A stretch of DNA of 56,296 nucleotides from an uncultured Gammaproteobacteria bacterium. GTDB taxonomy: Bacteria > Patescibacteriota > Microgenomatia > PFEM01 > CAZTHI01. Of this stretch, positions 7,922-14,575 are shown in pieces. The notes beneath the pieces are model-generated. The model was not told the origin of the DNA. It was given only the letters and a program-made list of their open reading frames with translations, and searched no databases. The stretch is taken from the NCBI GenBank assembly GCA_964613135.1, contig CAZTHI010000001.1, forward strand, positions 14,029 through 70,324, given 5' to 3'. Made by a program: the position numbers and the translations under genes. Every line of letters starts with the position of its first letter. The stretch's first letter is position 1.

Positions 7922-8569
7922 TTAAATCAAGGGAGTCCCGGGAAGAAGAATGGCCAGAATGAGGCTGATAATGGGGGAAATGATGACGTTAACCAGGGAA
8001 AAGCCAAAGATCGGGAAAATCAGCAATAAAATAATAATCAGGCCGTATTGGTTTAAAATGGCTTCCCATTTGTCGGCCAAATCCCAAGGGAGAATGCCGA
8101 TTAAAATTTTGCCGCCGTCCAGAGGGTGAACCGGCAAAAGATTAAAAATGGCCAGCATCACCGATAGGCCCAGAATTGGCGTCAAGACCAGCTCGACGAG
8201 GTAAGCCGGCGAGCCCAGAATCAAATGAGCCAGACGGATAATCACTGCCAGAACCACGGCCAAAAGCAAATTTGAGGCCGGTCCGGCAAAGGAGATCAGG
8301 GCGGCATCACGCCGGGGAGAGCGCAGATTATACGGATCAAAAGGCACGGGTTTGCCCCAACCAAAACGGAAAAGCAAAAGCATCAGCGTGCCCAAAGGAT
8401 CAAGATGGGCCAGGGGATTAAGCGTCAGCCGGCCGGACAAACGGGCAGTGGGATCGCCCAGCCGATCGGCCATCCAGGCATGGGCGTATTCATGAACGGT
8501 AATGGCGATCAGTAAGGCGCCAAACCAGAGGCCGAACGAAACCGGACTGGTAAAAAGGCTTTCGAGCAT
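7922..8569 (-). CDS. peptidase M50 (site-2 protease family) membrane metalloprotease
   Basis: HEYAHAW (HExxH) and NLLPVHPLDGGKI motifs. I chose the start at M45 (MLESLF) to avoid overlap with rpmB. Confidence 0.75.
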   Translation of the reverse strand: MLESLFTSPVSFGLWFGALLIAITVHEYAHAWMADRLGDPTARLSGRLTLNPLAHLDPLGTLMLLLFRFGWGKPVPFDPYNLRSPRRDAALISFAGPASNLLLAVVLAVIIRLAHLILGSPAYLVELVLTPILGLSVMLAIFNLLPVHPLDGGKILIGILPWDLADKWEAILNQYGLIIILLLIFPIFGFSLVNVIISPIISLILAILLPGTPLI

Positions 8570-8590
8570 GTATAATGTAGTATAGCAAAT

Positions 8591-8821
8591 ATGGCCTACC
8601 GATGTGACGGGTGCGATAAAAAAAGACTGTATAGCCGCAAGGTGGCTCACAAACCAGGCGTGGCCGGCGGTCAGTGGAAAAAAAGAGCGCCCAGCACCCA
8701 CAAGATCAGCTTACCGAATCTGCATGCCTACAAGGGTCAGCGCTTGTGTACTAAGTGTCTTCGTCGCGCCAAAAAGTTGGCCCCGGTAGTCAGAACTTCG
8801 CAGAAAACCAGCCAAGAGTAA
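8591..8821 (+). CDS. rpmB: 50S ribosomal protein L28
   Basis: 'MAYRCDGCDKK...VAH...LPNLH...LCTKCLR' is an L28 pattern that includes the PNLH motif. Confidence 0.7.
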   Translation: MAYRCDGCDKKRLYSRKVAHKPGVAGGQWKKRAPSTHKISLPNLHAYKGQRLCTKCLRRAKKLAPVVRTSQKTSQE

Positions 8822-8822
8822 T

Positions 8823-9272
8823 ATGATCAAATACAAACCGCTGGAACAATTGGATGATTTTTGTGGGCCGGCGACCCTGAAAATGGTTTTCGATTATCAT
8901 GGCGTGATTAAATCCCAGCAAGAATGGGCCCGGCTTTCCGGCACCACTCATCGGGACGGCGTTCAAAACGAGGGTATGTTTAAGGCGATTAAAGCGGTGG
9001 GTTTTGATTATCAATTAATCAAAGAGACTTCTTTTGCCGAAGTCAGAAAATTAATTGCCGAAGGCCAGACGATCATTGTCATTTGGTGGTCGGAGAGTTG
9101 GGGACATTACAGTCCGGTGGCGGATATCAGCCACAAAACTATCACCTTGGCCGATCCGGAATTCGGCAAATTTCGTCGCGTGGGCTTGCAGCGCTTTGAT
9201 CATTTTTGGTTTGATTTCGCGCAGGATTTTAAGAGGAAGGCGAGCGATCTCCAGCTGCGGAATCTTATTTAG
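8823..9272 (+). CDS. stand-alone C39-like (papain-fold) cysteine peptidase domain
   Basis: 'FCGPATLKMV' (Cys nucleophile context) and 'WGHYSPV' (His). Confidence 0.6.
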   Translation: MIKYKPLEQLDDFCGPATLKMVFDYHGVIKSQQEWARLSGTTHRDGVQNEGMFKAIKAVGFDYQLIKETSFAEVRKLIAEGQTIIVIWWSESWGHYSPVADISHKTITLADPEFGKFRRVGLQRFDHFWFDFAQDFKRKASDLQLRNLI

Positions 9273-9296
9273 GTTTACAAACCTCAAAAATAACTT

Positions 9297-9788
9297 TTAA
9301 GCTTGAGGGAAAACTGGCGGTTGCTGCTCCAGGCGGGTAATTCTTTTTTCGTGATTTTCGAGTTTGTCACCCAGGTTTTCTTCAAACCGGTCAAACCTTT
9401 TTAAGATACTTTCTTCGACTTTTGTCACCAAGACACTGTCTGCCTTTCCTTCCAGAGTTTTTCCAATCGTTTCCAGTTCAGCATCCATTGATTGTGTTTG
9501 TTGATTAAGTGATGCCACATCCTCTTTTAACCCAGAAACGTCATGCTTTAATCCGGTGACATCCGCTTTCAGTCCCGAAACATCGCTTTTCAGTCCCGAA
9601 ACGTCCTTCTTTAATCCAGAGACATCGCCCTTGAGCCCGGAAACATCTTTTTTCAGCCCCGAGACGTCATTTTTGAGAGTAAATATTGGTTCAATAACAT
9701 GTTTTTCCAAAAACTCACTGATCTGGCCAATAATGGTTTTTTCCTGCTGTTTTAACGCTTGTTGAAGATCGGCCTTAGTCAAAGTCAT
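9297..9788 (-). CDS. coiled-coil protein with 8 DVSGLKx heptads
   Basis: KNDVSGLKKDVSGLKGDVSGLKKDVSGLKSDVSGLKADVTGLKHDVSGLKEDVASL. Confidence 0.6.
   Translation of the reverse strand: MTLTKADLQQALKQQEKTIIGQISEFLEKHVIEPIFTLKNDVSGLKKDVSGLKGDVSGLKKDVSGLKSDVSGLKADVTGLKHDVSGLKEDVASLNQQTQSMDAELETIGKTLEGKADSVLVTKVEESILKRFDRFEENLGDKLENHEKRITRLEQQPPVFPQA
9507..9668. repeat. 21-nt tandem repeat x8 (coding)
   Basis: The copies differ mainly at synonymous positions. Confidence 0.85.
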
Positions 9789-9838
9789 ATTTCTATTATT
9801 GGTTTTATTAGGATTTTTGTCAACCGCCTATTTTTACT

Positions 9839-9886
9839 TCCGGGTGGCCCTCGCAGAATTGTTTGAAACTGACGGGTTTTTTGCCC
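9839..9886. repeat. 48-bp copy of the fmt 3' end (direct repeat, left copy)
   Basis: 41/48 identical to 11564-11611. Encodes GKKPVSFKQFCEGHPEVKIGG* on the minus strand. Confidence 0.8.
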
Positions 9887-10002
9887 CTAAGCTTCTATGA
9901 ATTTTTCTTTTTCTATGCCTGCTTCCTTTAAGAGCGAAGATAATGTTCCTTAAGGTGGCTACCGGTTTTATGGTCCTCAACGAAACCAAATTTTTTTAGC
10001 TT
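9887..10002 (-). pseudogene. hicA: hicA toxin remnant
   Basis: KLKKFGFVEDHKTGSHLKEHY..stop, then LLKEAGIEKEKFIEA* in another frame. The N-terminus and the middle of the protein are missing. Confidence 0.45.
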
Positions 10003-10015
10003 CTAGATAACCTTT

Positions 10016-10273
10016 TTAGGCGTGAACGAGGGTAGCTTCGGCATAGGTGAGATCTACAAAAGTGATAAAAGAAGCATCATCGGTCGGGACGGGTTTGCGG
10101 TGTTTCTTTAAGCTTTGAACATAGCCCCCAATTGCGTCTTTAACCATTGTTTGGGCGGTGGTTAAATCTTTTCCGTAAGTAATACATCCGGGCAAAGTAG
10201 GAACAGTGGCGGTAAATCCGCCCTCTGGCTCAGATCGGAAAATCACATTATATTTTAAAACTTTCATTTTCAT
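10016..10273 (-). CDS. hicB: HicB-family antitoxin
   Basis: 'YNVIFRSEPEGGFTATVPTLPGCITYGKDLTTA' is the UPF0150/HicB fold signature. Confidence 0.75.
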   Translation of the reverse strand: MKMKVLKYNVIFRSEPEGGFTATVPTLPGCITYGKDLTTAQTMVKDAIGGYVQSLKKHRKPVPTDDASFITFVDLTYAEATLVHA

Positions 10274-10282
10274 ATTAAGATA

Positions 10283-10311
10283 AATTTAACAAATTTATAA
10301 GCTTTAGTCAA
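10283..10311 (-). promoter_or_regulatory. promoter TTGACT-17-TAAATT (with TGt extension)
   Basis: The minus strand reads ttgact-17 nt-taaatt, with the ATG 9 nt later. Confidence 0.5.
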
Positions 10312-10322
10312 CCATTAAATCT

Positions 10323-10676
10323 TTACTGAGCCGGGCAGTTGCCCCAGTGAAAGAGCAAAATACTGTAATCCAGAGCATTAACAACCCCATTGCCGTTTAA
10401 GTCAGCTGCTTGACAACCGGTTGCGACGGAACCGAGCGGATTGTAACAACGATTAACCTCGGTCAGATCCGCCGCATCCACTTTCCCATTACTGTCGCCG
10501 GTTTTGATAATATCCCAGGGACAGGCAGATTCGAAAAATCTGATGGTTGGTGTTTCTCCTGCAAAGAACTGCATTTGCAAAACCGCGCTGTCAAGCCAGG
10601 CGAAATAACGACGACCACCGGTATTAAATTCTAAGAGGGCCAGGAGTAAAATTCTTTTAGTGCTTTCATAGGGAGG
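10323..10676 (-). CDS. dockerin-like module, in frame with the upstream protease across one TGA
   Basis: 'GDSNGKVDAADLTEV' and 'DLNGNGVVNALDYSILL' are two dockerin/EF-hand-like repeats. The 32 sense codons from 10581-10676 connect it to the TGA at 10677-10679. Confidence 0.45.
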   Translation of the reverse strand, partial: PPYESTKRILLLALLEFNTGGRRYFAWLDSAVLQMQFFAGETPTIRFFESACPWDIIKTGDSNGKVDAADLTEVNRCYNPLGSVATGCQAADLNGNGVVNALDYSILLFHWGNCPAQ

Positions 10677-11540
10677 TCAAAAAGGCGAAAGCGCGGTATA
10701 TTCGTCATTAATTTGAGAATAGGGAAGCAATCCGTCGGTGATTGATTTGGGGAAGGATTTTTCGCTTAACAACTTCATCGGGGTATGGCCATTGCCAATG
10801 GTATTGGTCAGGTCGGGGTAATAGATCGTGACTTGTCCGTTTACCGCTTGACCATCAGGCAGGTAAAGTTTTATTTGATCGGGCACGTCGCGGTATATTT
10901 CTGATTGCACTAATTCAGGAGGCGTCGAGCCGACCAGATCTCGGCTTCTGTTAATGATCTCTTGCGCGTGATTTAAATACCGACCGGTTTGTCCTGAGCC
11001 CATGAAATCGCCGATAAAAGGAGATTGGTAGGAACAATGACAAATGTCTGTTTCTTGAGCTGACCAAAGGTCATCGTAATGAAGACTGAACCCCAACAAG
11101 TGGCCCAATTCGTGGAAAAGGACAAAATAGGGAAAATCCGGATTGGAATAGTTTCCCACTTCCACATTTCTGCCAAAATGACCGCCACCCGGGAAATTAT
11201 GAAAAATGGCAATCGCCATCTCAGTACCCTCCGGAAGATTACAGAATTCGTCCGGAGCATAAAAATCCGGTGGATATCTTAAGCAAGTGGTCGCGGCTGC
11301 TTGGTCGAATACCACGACTTCTCCCTGAAAGGACTTGTTGATCCCATTTTGGGCCAATTTCGTGTTAATTTTGGAAAGAATATTGTCCGGCGTGGCAAAA
11401 TTGGAGTCAACTTGGTTGGCAATAAAAATTTTTACCGAAAATACCCGCGGGAAGGGAGGGTTGATGGCACTGGCCAGCCGGGGGAAAAATAAAACGGCGA
11501 CCAACAAGCCAATAAAGATTGTTATTTTTTTAAGCGACAT
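10677..11540 (-). CDS. secreted zinc metalloprotease (HExxH)
   Basis: Signal peptide MSLKKITIFIGLLVAVLFFPRLASA and 'FHELGHLLGF'. The ATG at 11540 is preferred over the track's TTG at 11549. Confidence 0.6.
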   Translation of the reverse strand: MSLKKITIFIGLLVAVLFFPRLASAINPPFPRVFSVKIFIANQVDSNFATPDNILSKINTKLAQNGINKSFQGEVVVFDQAAATTCLRYPPDFYAPDEFCNLPEGTEMAIAIFHNFPGGGHFGRNVEVGNYSNPDFPYFVLFHELGHLLGFSLHYDDLWSAQETDICHCSYQSPFIGDFMGSGQTGRYLNHAQEIINRSRDLVGSTPPELVQSEIYRDVPDQIKLYLPDGQAVNGQVTIYYPDLTNTIGNGHTPMKLLSEKSFPKSITDGLLPYSQINDEYTALSPF

Positions 11541-12318
11541 TATGATCAATGGGTAATTTTAGTTTCGGGTAGCCTTCGCAAAACTGCTTGAAGCTGACGG
11601 GTTTTTTGCCCTCCAACTGGACTTGATCGATAACGAGAGACGTGAGATGTGAGATGTGAGACGGTTTTTTCTCAAGATGAGCCCTTAAGATTTTCAATCT
11701 GCGTCTCTCGTATCCCGTATCACGTTTTACCCTTATTGGGGTCCACGCTCCCGGCCAGGGGGACATGGCGCGGATAAAACGCTCCAAATACTCGGGTGGT
11801 TTTTGCCAGTCAATTTGGCCGTCTTCACGAGTCAACCTTTTGGTAAAAGTGGCCCACCAGTGTTCTTGGGGCCGTAGTTCAATTTTTCCCGCCAGATAAG
11901 CGGGGAGGATTTTGAGTAATACGACAGCGCCGGCGGTAAAAGCTTTGCTTAAAAGCGTTTGGCTGGTGTCGTCGGGCGCGATGGGTAGTTTAATTTGCGC
12001 CACGATTGGCCCGTGATCGACTTTTTCGTCCAATTTAATAATGGTCACGCCGGTTTCGGTTTCCCCGGCCAGAATGGCACTGGGTACCGGGGTGGCGCCA
12101 CGGTATTTGGGTAGTAATGAAGGATGGATATTCAAAATGCCCTTACGGGGAGCGGCGACTGCCTCAGCCGACAAAATTTTGCCGTAAGAAGCCAAAACGC
12201 CCACCTCGGCTTTGGCCGGGTTGGTGACCAGATCAAAGCGGCCGTCTTTTTTGAGGGCGGCCAGAACTATTTCCGAACGGCTATCTGAACCGAAAAAAAC
12301 GATTTTTGGTTTTATCAT
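11530..12318 (-). CDS. fmt: methionyl-tRNA formyltransferase
   Basis: 'KIVFFGS...ILNIHPSLLPKYRGATP'. Start at MIKPKI. Confidence 0.85.
   Translation of the reverse strand: MIKPKIVFFGSDSRSEIVLAALKKDGRFDLVTNPAKAEVGVLASYGKILSAEAVAAPRKGILNIHPSLLPKYRGATPVPSAILAGETETGVTIIKLDEKVDHGPIVAQIKLPIAPDDTSQTLLSKAFTAGAVVLLKILPAYLAGKIELRPQEHWWATFTKRLTREDGQIDWQKPPEYLERFIRAMSPWPGAWTPIRVKRDTGYERRRLKILRAHLEKKPSHISHLTSLVIDQVQLEGKKPVSFKQFCEGYPKLKLPIDHNVA
11564..11611. repeat. 48-bp fmt 3' end (direct repeat, right copy)
   Basis: Pairs with 9839-9886. Confidence 0.8.
11635..11662. repeat. heptamer array GTGAGAT x4
   Basis: The array gagagacgtgagatgtgagatgtgagac encodes PSHISHLTS in fmt. Confidence 0.85.
11702..11729. 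repeat. heptamer array CGTNTNN x4
   Basis: The array cgtctctcgtatcccgtatcacgtttta encodes KRDTGYERR in fmt. Confidence 0.75.
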
Positions 12319-12823
12319 ACTGGTAAAGCGATCCTTTTTGCGCCAAAACCCGGTCGGTGAACAGTATGCCGTCCAGATGATCGGTTTCGTGCTGAACGAC
12401 CACACCGGTAAAGCCTTTGAACTTACGAATGACGGTTTGGCCGGTCGGCGTTTGGTAGCGGACTTTAACCACCGAAAAACGCCTGACCTTGCCCCATATT
12501 TTCGGTACTGATAAACAGCCTTCGAAGGGATTTTTACGACCGGCCACCCCGAGATGGGTGCGTTTGGAAGTCCAGATAATTTCCGGATTAATCATGGTCA
12601 GAAACTTGCCCGACCCGGCGGACCAGACGAGGATAAGGCGCACCAACTGGCCGATTTGGGGAGCGGATAAACCAACGCCGACGCGCCCGCCGCCTTCGCC
12701 TTTTTTGATAAACTCCAGCATCTGATTTGCTAGTTGACTAACCGAGCCATTGATTTTGGCCACCGGCCACGATTTTTGCCGCAGCAGGGGATGGGGGACG
12801 GTTAAGATTTTTAGTTTTGCCAT
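12281..12823 (-). CDS. def: peptide deformylase
   Basis: GVGLSAPQIG, EGCLSVP and HETDHLDG motifs. I chose the second ATG because it lies 6 nt after the -10. Confidence 0.85.
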   Translation of the reverse strand: MAKLKILTVPHPLLRQKSWPVAKINGSVSQLANQMLEFIKKGEGGGRVGVGLSAPQIGQLVRLILVWSAGSGKFLTMINPEIIWTSKRTHLGVAGRKNPFEGCLSVPKIWGKVRRFSVVKVRYQTPTGQTVIRKFKGFTGVVVQHETDHLDGILFTDRVLAQKGSLYQYDKTKNRFFRFR

Positions 12824-12829
12824 AGCCAT

Positions 12830-12838
12830 ATTTTATCA
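12830..12838 (-). promoter_or_regulatory. extended -10 (TGATAAAAT) for def
   Basis: The minus strand reads TGATAAAAT-atggct-ATG. Confidence 0.5.
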
Positions 12839-12854
12839 CACCGCTTGTGATATA

Positions 12855-13055
12855 ATGTTTGAAAACGTGGGCACAAAAAAGGAAGCACCAACCGCCATCA
12901 GAGAGGGAACTCACCTAAGGGGCAAGGACCCGAAGGGTAATTCTGTGGACGGCGAAGTGAGGGGAAAGAGAGATGAGGAAGATGGCTCCACGACCATAAC
13001 GGTGGTTAATCAAGACGGCAAGGCTGTCGATCTCAATGACGGTTCTCGCCATTAG
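12855..13055 (+). CDS. small hydrophilic hypothetical protein
   Basis: ORF segment MFENVGTKKEAP.... TGATATAAT overlaps the ATG, so the GTG at 12867 is an alternative start. Confidence 0.3.
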   Translation: MFENVGTKKEAPTAIREGTHLRGKDPKGNSVDGEVRGKRDEEDGSTTITVVNQDGKAVDLNDGSRH

Positions 13056-13073
13056 GGTAAGCGGCCAAGCCTC

Positions 13074-13102
13074 TTGACATCCCAAGGTCAATATCCTATA
13101 AT
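13074..13102 (+). promoter_or_regulatory. perfect consensus promoter TTGACA-17-TATAAT
   Basis: Read directly. The ATG at 13109 begins 6 nt after the -10. Confidence 0.75.
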
Positions 13103-13108
13103 ATTGGC

Positions 13109-13477
13109 ATGAGTAGGACACCCGAGTCATCTAGTCTTGTCTTTCCGAAAGATTTTAAATCAGAAACAAGAGTTAAATTACAATTTCTTAGAAACCCCGA
13201 TGTTGTCGGGCTTGATGACCTTCGGGTACAGCGAGTTTTAGGAGGAATCTGGTCTTTTGCCTCATTTTTTTTGGAAAGAGCAGGAGACGAAGAATTACAA
13301 ATTTCGGCGCCGACGAAAACCCTGATTAAATGGGGGCTTGTTTCCGAAACCACCGCTGGCCAAATTAAGAGGCGGGTAAGAAGAAAAGCCCAGTTGATCA
13401 TCTTCACGCGCTTAAAAGGATTTGGGGGCCGCTTGGCGAGGACAGCGTCACCGCAGGCTGTCAAGAATTACCGATAA
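13109..13477 (+). CDS. hypothetical protein (leaderless), or a non-coding transcript
   Basis: 122-aa ORF starting at the predicted TSS. An antisense ORF of nearly identical span (13096-13464) makes coding status uncertain. Confidence 0.35.
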   Translation: MSRTPESSSLVFPKDFKSETRVKLQFLRNPDVVGLDDLRVQRVLGGIWSFASFFLERAGDEELQISAPTKTLIKWGLVSETTAGQIKRRVRRKAQLIIFTRLKGFGGRLARTASPQAVKNYR

Positions 13478-13555
13478 CCGGCCGACGGCTTGACACTACC
13501 CTGGGAATTTTGGCCGCTTGGTATCAAGAGTGGCGGGGGATCAAGCGGCTCATGC

Positions 13556-14575
13556 TTAACCTTTAATGTTAAGGTCTTCGCCGCAAGCGGAACAATGGCC
13601 CTTTTTATCGACTCCTAAAATTTTGACCTGATAGCCCGTTCTTTGGATCGCCAAATTTTGGCACTTAGGGCAGTTGGTATTGGGCTGAGAATAATTGGAA
13701 GACGGGGCCCAGACATAGACAAATTGCAGACCGGATTTGCGGCCGATTTCCGCGGCCTCGGCCATTTGGATGGTGGGGGTGTAGGGGATTTTCCGAAATT
13801 CCTTATCGGGGGCCAATTTGGGATCGTATTGGGAAAGATGCCAGGGAGTTTGGGGGCCGAGATTTTTAACTATCCAGGCCGTCATTTCTGCCAGTTCCTG
13901 TTGGTCGTCATTGATGGTGGGGATAAGCAAGGTGGTGATTTCCAGAAAAATGTGATGTTTTTTTTGCGCGTAAGCCAGCATGGCGGGAATTTCGCCAAAA
14001 AAGCCGCCCTGCCTGGCGTAAGTTTCCGCAGAAAAGCCCTTGAGGTCAACGTTGGCGGCATCCAGGTGCGGGCCGATTTTATCCAGCGTCTCTTTGCTCC
14101 AGGAGCCATTGGTCACGTAAACGGTAAACATCTTTTCTTTTTTGGCCAGTTTGGCCACGTCCAAAACATAATCGGCCCAAACTGTTGGTTCATTATAAGT
14201 AAAGGCGATGCCCTGGTGGCCCAATTTTTTGATTTCTTCAACCAGCTCTTTGGGAGAGATAATCGAGGCCTCATTGCCCTTAATAACGCCCTCTAAGGTG
14301 GACTTGGCCGGCTCGCCCCAGGAAGACCACCAATTTAAGCATTGTTTGCAGCGGAAGTTGCAACCATAACTGCCTATAGAGGGCACCAGAGAGCCGGGCC
14401 GGAAATGAAAAAAGGGCTTTTTTTCAATCGGATCAATCTGGATGCCCTGAATCAAGCCGTAGTTGGCGCTGAAAAGCTTGCCCTTCCGGTTGATTTTGGT
14501 TTGGCAAAAGCCGATCTGGCCGTCGGCCAGCGAACAGCGCCTTTGGCAAATAGGGCAGGTGATGGTTTTAATCAC
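13556..14575 (-). CDS. radical SAM enzyme, AmmeMemoRadiSam / PFL-activase-like
   Basis: 'GCNFRCKQCLNWW' (CX3CX2C) and an N-terminal 'CPICQRRC..GFC' motif. Confidence 0.75.
   Translation of the reverse strand: MIKTITCPICQRRCSLADGQIGFCQTKINRKGKLFSANYGLIQGIQIDPIEKKPFFHFRPGSLVPSIGSYGCNFRCKQCLNWWSSWGEPAKSTLEGVIKGNEASIISPKELVEEIKKLGHQGIAFTYNEPTVWADYVLDVAKLAKKEKMFTVYVTNGSWSKETLDKIGPHLDAANVDLKGFSAETYARQGGFFGEIPAMLAYAQKKHHIFLEITTLLIPTINDDQQELAEMTAWIVKNLGPQTPWHLSQYDPKLAPDKEFRKIPYTPTIQMAEAAEIGRKSGLQFVYVWAPSSNYSQPNTNCPKCQNLAIQRTGYQVKILGVDKKGHCSACGEDLNIKG

Noticed and set aside
9507-9668. 21-nt repeats considered part of the heptamer-array phenomenon
   Set aside because: The units are not built of 7-nt subrepeats and vary at synonymous sites. 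This is a protein-level heptad repeat.
10677-10679. In-frame TGA considered as genome-wide UGA recoding (code 4/25) or selenocysteine
   Set aside because: Several well-supported genes here end at TGA (for example 3368-4339, topA, mreD-like), and standard-code ORFs are full length. No SECIS-like hairpin follows the TGA, only a weak AT palindrome.
13109-13555. Region considered as RNase P RNA, tmRNA or SRP RNA
   Set aside because: I found none of the conserved blocks: GAGGAAAGTCC, a tRNA-like 3' end with a tag ORF, or the GGAA/AGCA helix-8 motif.
13643-14296. 217-aa plus-strand ORF
   Set aside because: It is antisense to the well-supported radical SAM gene. Its G/R/F-rich composition is typical of a shadow ORF.
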